From NCBI RefSeq assembly GCF_001194135.2, contig NC_068982.1:148824702-148861264 (forward strand): a DNA stretch of 36,563 nt, read 5' to 3'. The stretch is from Octopus bimaculoides. Lineage: Eukaryota. The translations under genes and the position numbers were made by a program. This document shows, in pieces, positions 21,030 to 33,032 of this stretch; position 1 is the stretch's first letter, and each line of letters opens with the position of its first letter. The notes below the pieces were generated by a model that made no database searches, was not told where the DNA came from, and saw only the letters and a list, made by a program, of their open reading frames with translations.

Positions 21030-22200
21030 ACCTCCTGGACACATTGGTACTTCAGTCAGCTGACTGGTCTGTGCTCTACTAGTTCTATTAACTATCCTTG
21101 ACATCACATGTGCTTCATTGCTGACTCATCAGAAACAATTAAGTAAATGACTAAAATCATCTCTTAAGTATTGTCCTTCCATATGCTATGTACAACAAAA
21201 ACTCACAGCCCTTAATGCTTCAAGTGTTTCATTCATAACTGCATTATGTCAGTTCAAGGAATAACACTTGGAGAAAACCACTAAGCACCACAATGCCTTT
21301 ATTCAGTGTCGTAACTTCTACAAGACCATCAAATCAACTGCAAAGAATACCTTGGTGATTTATACAGCCTTCAAACTGCAGCTGATCCATTTAGCCTCTT
21401 GTCAAAAGGGTCCCTGCCAATTGTTGTATTCTTCTTTCCTATACTTTCAACCATAATGGTCCTGTGAGCACTACCTGCAAAGGAAAAAATCCCTCTAGAT
21501 TATTATCAGTTATGCATGCAACTCCACATACCACATAAATCTCACAAACTACCCCTTTCTACTCTGAAATTCACCATTATGCACATGCCAAGTACAAAAA
21601 GAACTTCTAATTATTTTAGACCAACAATACTACCAACCCTGACAATATCCCTTCAATTACATTCAGACAGTGTGTCATAGGGTCAGTCAGCATACTCATC
21701 AATGTCTCTCATTCCATGGGGATATATCTAAATATTTAAAAATACAGTATAGTGCATCCCATGTTCAAGAAAAGCAACAACTCTGACCCTGCCAATTATC
21801 CTCCAAACACACAAACTTCCAACATATTAATGTTGATGGAGACAGTTGTGACATACTTCTTCCACTACCTTGAATATCTCTTCCTCCTGAGTAAAAAATT
21901 GTACAACTTTCATAAAATCAAATTTATTCTTTTCTACTCTAGGCACAAGGCCCTAAATTTTGGGGGAGGGGGCCAGTCGATTAGATCGACCCCAGTATGC
22001 AACTAGTACTTAATTTATTGACCCCGAAAGGATGAAAGGCAAAGTCGACATCGGTGGAATAAAATCAGATTTATTGGAGACCTACTCCACAATGGGATCT
22101 TGCCCACCAGACATAAAAGATATCTCATTACCCATCACATCAGCAAAACTGTTGACAACATCTAGAATGAAATTCTACCATAAAAACTGATTGTAGGACT
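21030..22200 (+). mobile_element. Highly degenerate CR1/Jockey-group LINE relic, interrupted by a SINE
   Basis: SADWSVL; HPMFKKSNNSDPANYPP..QTSNILMLMETVV (compare P.FKKG..SDP.NYRPI.LTS); YLITHHISKTVDNI*NEILP*KL (compare LDISKAFDRVWHE.LL.KL). Confidence 0.6.
21944..22060 (-). mobile_element. SINE family C, 3' half
   Basis: cagtcgattagatcgaccccagtatgcaactagtacttaatttattgaccccgaaaggatgaaaggcaaagtcgac. Confidence 0.85.
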
Positions 22201-22699
22201 CTTAACTCACCTGTTTCTTTTTATTCTTATCACCTACATTCTGGCTAGACCCCCTCCATACACCCATCTCATATATGCTGCACGCTTCCCACTTGATATT
22301 ACACTCAAGTTCTCTATATCCAGAACATCAGTACTCTTGAACTCTCTTTCTGAGCATGTATATTTTTTAGAAATTAACTTGCAACAATTTAAGAGGTACC
22401 TGAGAAAGGCAACACAAATGATTAACAGGAAGTCAATCACAAACAGGTATCAACTAGAGCACCACAGATCTTCTGTCATATCTCTCTGCTTTTGCTATTA
22501 TTATCATTACCTCTTCTCCTCAGAGTTTACTGACCTTGTAAAATCTTCTATCATGATCAAAGGCAACTTGAATACAATGTTTCGATAAGATCAAATATGA
22601 TATGAACACTTCCAATAGCTGTGACTTTGACTACTAAGAAAGATCAGATTTCTTCCCAAGGCAAAAAGCTTCAGTTTGCTATGAAATTCATTCTTAATT

Positions 22700-23042
22700 A
22701 CTCTTTTACTTGTTTCAGTCATTTGACTGTGGCCATGCTGGAGCACCGCCTTTAGTCGAGCAAATCGACCCTGGGACTTATTCTTTGGAAGCCTAGTACT
22801 TGTTCTATTGGTGTCTTTTGCTGAACCACTAAGTTACGGGGACGTAAACACACCACCATCGGTTGTCAAGTGATGTTGGGGGGACAAACACAGACACACA
22901 AACATATACACACACACACACAAGGCTTTGGTTGGCCTGAGGCTATAGTAGAAGACACTTGCTCAAGGTGCCATACAGCGGGAAGGAACCCGGAACCATG
23001 TGGTTTGTAAGCAAGCTACTTACCACACACCCACACCTGCAC
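22700..23042 (-). mobile_element. SINE family A, near full length with internal deletion
   Basis: Reverse complement of 19993-20340, lacking the ggatttggtag...gaagccc segment. Confidence 0.88.
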
Positions 23043-23436
23043 CTATAAGAAATATTCCTTTGTTTCTTTTAGAATCATTATCAATTACCGATACTATTTT
23101 CTTCTTTTTGTAACAAAAGACAAATTTCAATTCAATATGAATTATTTTGCATAAATCATTCAGCACATGCCCAATAACACAAGCTACCTAAATAGATGGA
23201 AGACATTGGCTCACTTCACTTTCCATTAGTTCATGTTTTTGTAATTTAGCAAATATACTTATACACTAATCACAAGTTAAAATAAGTTTATTTACATCAT
23301 CCAACAAAGATTCTTTGAGATATTGTTTCTTCTCTTCAAAGCAGACTTCCATCAATCAATAGAAAACTATATTATAAGCACACATAATCTTGTGAAATAG
23401 AATCTCTTTTCTGTGAATAATGAATTATGAATAAGT

Positions 23437-23560
23437 ATGAATGTATGTATACATGCATGTATACATGCATGTATGTATGTATGTATGTATGTATGTATGT
23501 ATGTATGTATGTATGTATGTATGTATGTATGTATGCCTGCTTGTATGTATGTGTGCACGC
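23437..23560. repeat. (TATG)n microsatellite
   Basis: Directly visible. Confidence 0.95.
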
Positions 23561-23855
23561 GTGTGTCTGTGTGTATGAGTGAGTGAATAAGCAAAAGAAC
23601 AGTGTGTTCAACCTATTTGGTTGGAATTCTATGTATTTAAGAAAAGTTTGACTTGGTGTCATATTTTTTAAAGATCATGGGTGCAGAGTATGTCTACATC
23701 AATAGATGATATGGATATGTTCTATGTCCTGGGCTCTTTAAATAATATGGAGCCAAATCATTTATCTGTATATAAACACTCACACGCACACACACACACA
23801 CACAAGCACACAAATATGTTGAATCATTAATCCCTACACATTTTTTTCTCTCCCA

Positions 23856-24128
23856 AATGGTGCTTTTTATGTGCCACCAGCATGGGTGCCAGTCAGGATG
23901 TACTGGCATCAGCCACAACAATGATTTCACTTGACTCAACAGGTCTTCTCAAGCACAGTTCATTTCCCAATGATTGAAGGGTACTCTTAAATGGGCTGGT
24001 TATGTTGCACTAGCATAGGCCATGGTTATGGTCTCATTTGGCTTGCTGAGTCTTCTCATGCACAGCATATCTCCAAAGGTCTCAGTCACTTGCTATTGCC
24101 TTTGTGAGGCCCAAAATTCGATGGTCGT
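23856..24128 (-). mobile_element. RTE LINE 3' fragment
   Basis: Aligns by eye to 7655-7925 (tgctttttatgtgccaccagcatgggtgccagtcagg...cacagcatatctccaaagg...cattgcct). Confidence 0.8.
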
Positions 24129-24400
24129 ACCTGCTGGATATTTGTGACATCAGTGACTGAAAAGCTATTGTTATTCTATATGATGATAGGAGTGAGATTT
24201 GGCTGGTATGGAGCAACTGGACTCTTGCCACTGAGGAAGCACAGTATGTAGAAATCAAGTGATCCGACAGTTCTCAAGATCCAACAAGTGGTTCTCATCT
24301 GCTACAATATATGTCAGTGATTTTAGCACCATATGCTTATATGAGAGGACCTTTCGTCACTCATATTTATATATGTATGTATACATCTATATTTATATAT

Positions 24401-24712
24401 GAAGGCACATGGCTCATTGGTTTGAGCATCACACTTACAATTATGAGGGCCAACTGTGTGTTGTATTCTTGAAGAAGACACTTTATTTCTCATTGTTCCA
24501 GTTCATTCATCTGTAGAAATGAGTTGTGACATCATTGATGCCAAGCTGTATCGACACTTGCCTTTCCCTTGGACTAGGAGAGAGGAGACTGGTACACATG
24601 AGCAACTGCTGCTTTTCTGCAGACAACCTTGCCTGGACTTGTGCCTCAAAGGGAAACTTTCTAGGTGCAATCTCACGGTCATTCATGACCAAAGGAGGTC
24701 TTCACCTTTACC
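24401..24712 (+). mobile_element. tRNA-headed SINE, third family (D)
   Basis: gaaggcacatggctcattggtttgagcatc A-box-like head, then aagacactttatttc...gaaatgagttg...gggaaactttctaggtgcaatctcacggtcattcatgacc. The family call is from recall. Confidence 0.55.
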
Positions 24713-24740
24713 CTTTTATATATATTTCTCTCTCTCATAT

Positions 24741-24800
<60 letters not shown>

Positions 24801-24820
24801 AAAGAGAGAGAGAGAGAATC

Positions 24821-25739
24821 CCAGCTAGTCCAAGGGTGATATGGGGGTGGAACAAGGAGATAGATAGTGCTATAAAAGCAAGAAAAACAGGCTTGGAAAG
24901 ACTGGAAAAATAGTGGAAGCAGAGAATTATATCATGTAACCAAAAGGGCAACTAGGTGTCAGGTTTACATAGAAAAAGGAATATCTGAGTGTATGAGATT
25001 TGCAAATGTTGTACAGCATGAGGATTAGAGGTGTGAGGTGTTCAGGATTGCAAAGCAGTGTATCAGAGAGAAAAGAGATGTGGTGGATGAGAAATGTGCG
25101 CGAATGGATAATGGTATGCTTGCACTTAGTAACTCAGAGAAGAATGATGCATGGAAGTGTTACAATGAAATGTTACTAAATGTGGAAAATGAATGGAAGG
25201 AGAGTCTACCAAATATCAAAGTAATTGGGGGACCAGCCATTACAGTTGACAGCAGCATAACAGAAAAGGTAATTAAGGCTATGAAGACAGGGAAAGCCCC
25301 TGGGCCATCAGGAATCACTGCTGAGATGATTAAAATTTTCAGCAATGTAGAATACAGCTTAGTCACCCATATAGTTAATCAGGTTATTCAGGAAAGCACC
25401 ATCCCCAATGACTGGTCTAGAAGTATTATAGCTAGCTGCTACAAGTGTAAATGTGATGCCTTTGATAGAAACAAATACAGAGGCATTAAATTGCTAGACC
25501 AAGTCGTGAAAGTTACTGAGAAGGTTATAGCTCAATTGATTAGAAATTGAAGTAAACTAGATGAAATACAGTTTGGTTTTGTACTTGGGAAGAGTACCAA
25601 AGATACTATCTTCCTAGTGAGACAGCTACAGGAAAAATACTTGACCAAAAGTAAGACATTGTACCTAGTCTTTGTTGACCTGGAGAAAGCTTTTGACAGA
25701 GCTTCCTGCTCTGTTATATGGTCGTCTCTAAGGAAGTTA
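24821..25739 (+). mobile_element. RTE LINE fragment (pre-RT to RT domain 3)
   Basis: KQAWKDWK...EVFRIAKQCIREKRDVV...MKTGKAPGPSGITAEMIK...YRGIKLLDQVVKVTEKVI...QFGFVLGKSTKDTIFLVRQLQEKY...FVDLEKAFDR. Confidence 0.93.
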
Positions 25740-27300
25740 TCAACTACTTCTAGTTGTTCACCCTGGAAAGTGCCAAAGGTTGTTTTCTACACATTTTCAG
25801 TGTTTATTGCTCCTGAGCATCTGCCACATACAAAATCTATCTTGCTAGTTAGCCTTCTTTTGATATTGCTGCACCTCTTATGTGTCCATAGCTTACACTG
25901 GGTACAAGTTATGGAGTTTCTACCTACGCCTTTTCTACAGATCGAGCAGAGACATCTACCTAAAGGGGTTTGTGTTTTGTCTACCTTCCTACTTATTAGG
26001 ACTTTGGTTTTAGCTAGGTTGACTCTAAGGCCCTTCGATCCTAGTCCTTGCTTCCACACCTGAAACTTCTCTTCCAGTTCTAGTAGTGACTCAGCAATTA
26101 GGGCAAGGTCATCAGCCTAGAGGAGCTCCCAGGGGCATCCCCTCTTGAATTCCTGTGTTATTGCCTGGAGGACTATGATAAATAGGAGGGGTCTGAGGAC
26201 TGAACCTTGGTGGACCCCTACCTCTACACGGAATTCTTCACTGTACTCGTTGCCAACCCTCACCTTACTGACAGCGTCTCTGTACAGGGCTTGCACAGCT
26301 CTCACTAACCATTCTTCTATCCCTAGTTTCCTCATTGACTACCAGATAAGGGATCAGGGGACCCTGTCAAAGGCTTTCTCCATGTCAATGAAAGCCAAGT
26401 ACAGAGGTTTATCCTTGGCTTGGTATTTCTCCTGAAGCTGTCTTACCAGAAATATAGCATCAGTGGTGATTTCCCTGGAACGAACCCAAACTGCATCTCA
26501 TCTAAGCTGACTCTCACCCTAATTAGTTGGGCTATGACCCTCTCAGTGACCTTCATTACCTGGTCCAACAACTTGATACCTCTGTAATTGTTTGTGCCTA
26601 AAGCATCACCTTTACCTTTGTAGTAGTTGACTATGGTGCTGCTACACCAATCACTGGGTATAACTCCTTCATGTATCACCTGATTAACTATATGGGTGAC
26701 TAGGCTATAGCCGACACTGCCAGATATTTTGAGCATCTCTGCAGTGATTCCTGATGGACCAGGAGCTTTCCTTGTCATCATACTCTTGATCGCTTTATCT
26801 ACCAAGGTATTGTCAATTAGGATAGCTGGTCCCTCTGTTGGGTCGACATGCAGCAGACTCTCTTCCTCCCATTCATTCTCTTTATTAAGCAACCTTTCAT
26901 AGTGGCATTTCCAAACCTCTCTCTTTGCAGCCTTGTTTAGTGCAAGTGAGCCATCATCCATGCGGACACATTTCTCTCCTACGACATCATGATTCTCTCT
27001 CACACNNNNNNNNNNCAAACCTCTCTCTTTGCAGCCTTGTTTAGTGCAAGTGAGCCATCATCCATGCGGACACATTTCTCTCCTACGACATCATGATTCT
27101 CTCTCACACATTGTCTTGCAACATGAAATACCTCAAGTCTTTGGTCCTCACGGCGCAGAACATTGGCAAATTTTTCTTATCTGCTTCCCCTCTGGCTAAA
27201 TAAACCTGTCTCCTAGCTTCCCTTCTGGCTATTTGAAACAGTTCCCTGCTACCACCACACTTCCAGTCCTTCCAAGCCTGTTTCTTTTCTCTAATAGCTC
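25732..27300 (-). mobile_element. RTE LINE fragment (most of RT) with PHD-type finger; pseudogenised
   Basis: KAPGPSGITAEMLK, YRGIKLLDQVMKV, QFGFVPG, DMEKAFDRVP, GVHQGSVLRPLLFIIVL, ELL*ADDLAL (YADD to stop), GLRVNLAKTKVL, then C4HC3 finger and LEVVD. Confidence 0.95.
27006..27015. other. 10-N gap with a 94-bp sequence duplicated on both sides (assembly overlap)
   Basis: 26912-27005 equals 27016-27109. Confidence 0.9.
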
Positions 27301-27359
27301 ACACACATACACACACACACATGCATACACAGACATGCACTCACGCATGTACACGTGAA

Positions 27360-27393
<34 letters not shown>

Positions 27394-27395
27394 TA

Positions 27396-27437
<42 letters not shown>

Positions 27438-27442
27438 TGTGT
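27301..27442. repeat. (CA)n followed by (GT)n
   Basis: Directly visible. Confidence 0.95.
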
Positions 27443-27444
27443 GA

Positions 27445-27700
27445 AATACTTCAGAGACCTGACTGTGTGTCTATTGAGTTACATATAGAACAAAAGCAAA
27501 TGCAATGGGCTGGGCACCTTGTAGTTATATTAGATGGGAGACCACCCATGTAGTTGTTTCAGTTTGGAAGACAACCACAACATAAGCCAAAGAAAGTGTG
27601 CAAAGACCATAATCATGACAACTTAATGAAATTGAGAATTGATGTTCAATTCAGGGAAGAGAAAGTTACAGATAGAAATAGATGTCTTTGATGAAGCTTG
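27445..27700 (+). mobile_element. Degenerate RTE (BovB-like) ORF C-terminus, distinct subfamily
   Basis: EILQRPDCVSIELHIEQKQMQWAGHLVVILDGRPPM*LF...GRQPQHKPKKVCKD...NLMKLRIDV...TDRNR (compare QLRWAGHV.RM.D.R.PKQL...KRYKD). Confidence 0.7.
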
Positions 27701-28269
27701 ATATTGCCAGCTTTAAGGAAGCCAAAAGCCAGATTACACATTTAAAACATACTTTGAGATCTGGTGCATGCACCTGATGAAATTAAGAATTGGAAATGTA
27801 GACATTGTGACTGGCATTTCCTGTCAAAAGCTGGTTACATAAACCACACGAAATCACAGAGTAATTTGTGTAGTCAAGATGCATCTAATGATTATTTGCA
27901 ACCTTTTAAAGGTAACAACACCTCTATTGTATGAGGAAAAAATCTGAGTAATCCCTGTTTGAAAAGACACATAAAAGTGCATAAGATTGCCATAGCACAA
28001 GGAAGCTATATAAACCCTCTGGAAGTTTGGAATCTTATCTGTCACACATTTGAAACTTTGCCAGTTAACTGCTGATCTTAAAAGTCATCTCAGAGTGCAC
28101 AGATGTAATGGAGATTATCAGGATAATTGAGATTAATTGAGACAGCTATAATCTGTCAAGATGAAATGATCATACATGTACATACATATACACATATATT
28201 CATACACCTACACATGTACATATACACACACACACACACATATATATATATGTATGTATGTACATATAT

Positions 28270-28375
28270 ATTGGAGCCTGGTGTTGCCATCCGGTTTCAC
28301 CAGTCCTCAGTCAAGTCGTCCAACCCATGCTAGCATGGAAAGTGGACGTTAAACGATGATGATGATGATGATGAT
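28270..28375 (+). mobile_element. Family B RTE-like 3' tail with (GAT)n
   Basis: Near-identical to 68-150. Confidence 0.85.
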
Positions 28376-28689
28376 ACATATACACACAAACACCCACACA
28401 TTTATTTATTCAGGCACTTGTATTATATATACACACTTGAACCCATATTCCATGTATAAATGTTTATATACTTCAATTGGAAGCAGAAATGCTAGAGATG
28501 TTAGTACATGCCTCTTGAGATTTAAACTTGGTAACTGTGCTTTTTATTTTCTCTTATTTTTTTTAGTAAAAATAAAATTTGAAGAGTTTTCAAATACAAT
28601 TTCAAGATTATCACTAAAATGCTATTGTTTGTTCTGTTCTTGCTAAAATTATATATGTGTATATATATTTTTTTAATCTATAGTTTCTG

Positions 28690-29230
28690 TGCTTACATTT
28701 TGTAAGTTTCTTTTCTCTTTTCTTTTCTTGTTTGTTTTTCTTTTTTTTTTTCGTTTTGCTTTTGTTTCCTATAAGAATATCAACAATCTATTTTTATTTT
28801 ATAGCACAAAGAAAAACAGCAGCCATTTTGGTTTACAATTACCATTTTTTTCCCCTTTTCTTTGTTTTTTTACATAAATATTTTTTCTTATTTTCTTCAA
28901 CCACTTCTTCTCTCTACTCACCTTCACTCTCTTTATTCTCTGCTCTTTCTTCTTCTTTCTTTCCCTTTCTGTCTAAACATCCATCTATTCTATTTATTCT
29001 CTCCTTTTCTTTTCTCTTACTCACTTCCCTTCTTCTCTGTGATCTTCCTTGGTTTTGATTTTCTCTCAGCTTTAGGCTTCTTATATTGACCACTGCTCAG
29101 TTTTATTTCTCTCCCTACCTCTCTTCGCTCTCTCATTTACTTAATCCTTCTTCATGAAAAGTGTTATACCTATTACTGCTTATTCTCACTCCCTTCTTTT
29201 TTCTCTCTTTCTCTTCTCCCCCTCCACCAT
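28690..29230. repeat. T/CT-rich low-complexity tract
   Basis: Strong pyrimidine bias; source of the F/L/S-rich ORFs. Confidence 0.8.
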
Positions 29231-30424
29231 TATTACCTCAGTAAAATATACTCACACATAACATTCACCTGTTTGTAAACTATTTTCAAGCGTATATTTT
29301 ATATTTCCAGCATTCTTATTACAGTATCAACTATTCATGTTGTGTAAAAACAACCTTGTACCACTTATAAAACTTTTGCAATTTCAACTAATGAAGACAT
29401 TATTACTTGCTAGTGCATATTTGACTGGCAGAAATAAATATGTTGCTCAGAGCATTATTTTCAGGGAGGTAGTACAGATTGTACCAGTTGTAGATATAAT
29501 CCCTCTCTATTGATCACCTAGTAGCATACATCAATGTGGCTGGTTTATAAAGCAAATGGTCTCATTCCACTATCAAATTAGAATGCAGATACCCAGGCGC
29601 AAGAAGAAAAGCTAGGCTCAACATTCCTAGCATAAAGAAATCTGACTTCAGTTTAATTCTATAGTATTTAAACCAGTCATATCTGGCTCAAATATTCCTC
29701 CTGTTTTATGCTTAAACCAACCAGATTTGGCCTACCATGCCTACCCTGTAATGTCATACTAAAAGTAAGCAACCACATCAACAAAATCTTAAACCCATGA
29801 TTAATACAAAATAATGTGAATAAATAAGCATTACATTTGACAGAGTGATCTGTATGCTAAATGGATAAACTCCTAAATTCTATTTTCAATATCTTCCATG
29901 ATCATACCAAAAATTTTTATGTGAACTGCTCTATTTTAATATTAATGTACAGAATGATGTTACTCTTATATCATTAACTGAGTCCAGTTGATTTTCTTAA
30001 TGTAAGTTTCATCTTTCACTCTGTACTCCTCCAACACAAATCGCATCTTACCACAACCCCCACCCACCACCTTGTTGTTTACATATTTCTTTCATTATTG
30101 CATTCATCACACAATTGATGGTTAAAGCTCAGAGACTCTGAGATAGCTGGTCTACAAACCTACCATTTAAACTACAAAACACCATTGACCTAGTTATACC
30201 AAGAAAATTGAACACATTTACTTTTATATATTTCATACCCTGAAAGAAGGTCACATATTGATAAATAACAAAAATAAAACATTCACGTGTTCATCAATAA
30301 AGTATTTTTAGTGACAGTCATCTGCCTTAGCACAATTTTTGATACAATTAATACACTCTCAATATCTGAGAAAAATTTTCTAAAATATATATGACTCCAA
30401 ATTTTAGCAGAAATCAAGCAATTT

Positions 30425-30605
30425 CAGGTTAGGGCATAAATCAATTACATTGACCCCATTGATCAATAGGTACATATTTTATCGACCCCTAAGGGAGAAA
30501 AAGTAGAATCAGCCTTGGTAGAATTCAAGCTCAGAATGTAAAGGCAGACAAAACGCCAGTAAGCATTTTGCTCAGCATCCTAACAGTTTGGTCAGCTGGC
30601 ACCTT
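30425..30605 (-). mobile_element. SINE family C, degenerate
   Basis: tcaattacattgaccccattg...atttttatcgacccc...agaattcaagctcagaatgtaaaggcagac...agcattttgctcagcatcctaac. Confidence 0.7.
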
Positions 30606-31194
30606 ACATAAGGCTGTAAATAATAAAAGTGTGTAAATATTAGGTTAAAAAACTATTTGAATGGAAAAAGTAAAAGATTGCTAATAGAACTCAATCTCGC
30701 CTATTCTATATACATGAGAGACATTCTACTATTATACCAAAGCAATCCGTCGAATTCCTCCACTTGCCCTAAATTGTATACTGAGGGATTGAACCCTACC
30801 AAACAGCCATGCTTCCACTTTTAAGACACATATCTGCATGTGTGCGTGCGTGTGTGTGTGTGAATCCATATCATCCTCATTTAATATCCATTGTCTATAC
30901 TGGCATGGGTATGTCATTATTCAGTTTATTTCAAGATTTCTTGCCAATAGAGAAAGAATCATTTTCTAACCTAGATCCGAGGTTCCTTCATTGGAACTTC
31001 AACATTAACAACAGGGTATTTTTGTTTGTATGTATGTATGTATATATGTATGTATGTAATTGCGTGAGTGTGAGGATACTTCTGCTTCTTTGTCTTGACA
31101 TTGAATGGTTGTTATAAATGTCATTCATTTCCAATATTCTACAGAAATATAACTAACTATGGGGAAATATCACTTTACTTGGAAACAAGTAAGG

Positions 31195-31283
31195 AATGGC
31201 AGCTGGAAGGGCATCTAGCTGTAGAAAATCTGCTTCTAAAATCTCCGTCCAACCTATGCAGGCATGGGAAAGTGAACGTTAAA

Positions 31284-31327
<44 letters not shown>
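31195..31327 (+). mobile_element. Family B RTE-like 3' tail with (GAT)n
   Basis: ggaagggcatctagctgtagaaaatctgc...ccgtccaacctatgcaggcatgggaaagtgaacgttaaaatgatgatg. Confidence 0.75.
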
Positions 31328-31584
31328 ATATACCAGGATTGTATGGATGTGTTGATGTGTGTATATAAATGTCTGAATGTCTGTACATTCTCTTTTTCTG
31401 CCTCCTCACTTACATTTTTCATCATTCAATCATTCGATTTTTTTTCTCTTTCTCATTGTATTTCAATTTTCTTTTTTATTCTCCTTTTGCTCCAACTATT
31501 CAAACTTCAATAAATACATGTCCTTTTTTCAAGTGATTTTTAATTGCAGTGGTATGCACTTTTGGTTTGCAGCTGACTAATACT

Positions 31585-31800
31585 CCATATACATATACGC
31601 ACACAACGAGTGTGTATTTGCATGTGTCTGTGTGTGTGTGTACGTACATATATATACATACTTATGCATACATATATGTATATACACAAACATGCATATA
31701 TACATATGTATGTGTATACATACATACTTATTCATACATGTTTGTATATACACATTTATACATATATATATGTAAATGCATATAAATGTGTGTGTGTGTA
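31585..31800. repeat. Complex TA/CA/TG microsatellite
   Basis: Directly visible. Confidence 0.9.
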
Positions 31801-32804
31801 AAATACTATATAAATAAACCACTTGCTGGAAACTAGGTCAGAAAAAATGATATACTTCAAAATTGGTTTCTGTCAGTTTGAAAATTATTTATGTTTAAAA
31901 TTGTTTCCTCAATAGATTGCTGTCAAATTTTCTCTTTGCAGATCATTCTATTTGAAATTCAACTCTTAACAATTTTCACTCTGAATTTTATCCCAGTCTT
32001 TCTCAGTTAATTTGTTTGTATTGTTGTAAAGGATGAAAAGGTTATATGGTCATATTTGATCTTGTCTGATATTGGTTTTTATACATTTTTCTGTTTCCAT
32101 TCTCATTCTTGTAGGCTTTTGTATTTTCCCTGACTTTGTCTGAAGTAGAAGTACATTTCCAGTAACCCCTCTTTTCCAGAGTTCTTTGAACTGAAGGTGG
32201 AATGGAAGAAGTTATCCTCAGATCAGATAACTGATCTAAACGCTAGCAACAGAGAGGACATTATCTTTAAGCAACAGACTGTGGTGCAAAACTAGGCAAA
32301 AGATTTACTCTACCACCAAGAATTGGATCTGTCCCTCACAGTCTTTCACATAATTTCTGTTCATTATATTCCCTTTACAATTTTTTACAAAGCCTATGTC
32401 ACTCACTTTTAAAGTCTCAACTTAATAAATAACAAATAACATCGACTTGACACATGTATGAAGAGAAAGGATGTAGACAATATATAATGTTAGTATAATT
32501 GTAATTATTCAGTTTATTCAACCATCTTCAGCTTTATGAATGCTTCATCTGTCAGACATCTATGCAGAACTATGAAAAGAAACAATGTTGAGATCTCACT
32601 GCTTAATTGGTTAGATACAGTCTATGAGAGTCACACACAGATAATAATAATTCACAACTGAAGAATAACCATACACTGCAACAGAGAAAAGCATTCTGTA
32701 AGGAATCTTCTCTGTAAAAATTCTATTCTGTAAGGAGTTCACTCCGTAAGGTTGTTGGCATTAGGAAAGGCATCAAGCCATAAAAACCACGCCAAAACAC
32801 ACAG

Positions 32805-33032
32805 TGAAGGGGGGACAAACATAGATACACAAACACATGCACACACACACACACATGCACATATATATACGACAGGCTTCTTTCAGTTTCCATCTACCAA
32901 ATCCACTCACAAGGCTTTAGCTGGCCTGAGACTATAGTAGAAGACACTTGCCCAAGGTGCCATGCAGTGGGACGGAACCCGGAACCATGTGGCTGGTAAG
33001 GAAGCTACTTACCACACAGCCACTCCTGCGCC
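32805..33032 (-). mobile_element. SINE family A, 5' two-thirds
   Basis: ggcttctttcagtttccatctaccaaatccactcacaaggcttt...gctacttaccacacagccactcctgcgcc. Confidence 0.88.

Noticed and set aside
23079-23190. Minus-strand exon candidate VACVIGHVLNDLCKIIHIELKFVFCYKKKKIVS
   Set aside because: Plausible splice sites but AT-rich random-like composition and no recognisable homology; coordinates approximate.
25617-26435. + strand ORFs (148 aa and 96 aa) over the RTE junction
   Set aside because: Chimeric or antisense read-through of the minus-strand RT; not independent genes.
26912-27109. Perfect 94-bp tandem duplication within the RTE
   Set aside because: The identical copies sit on either side of a 10-N gap, typical of unmerged contig overlap.
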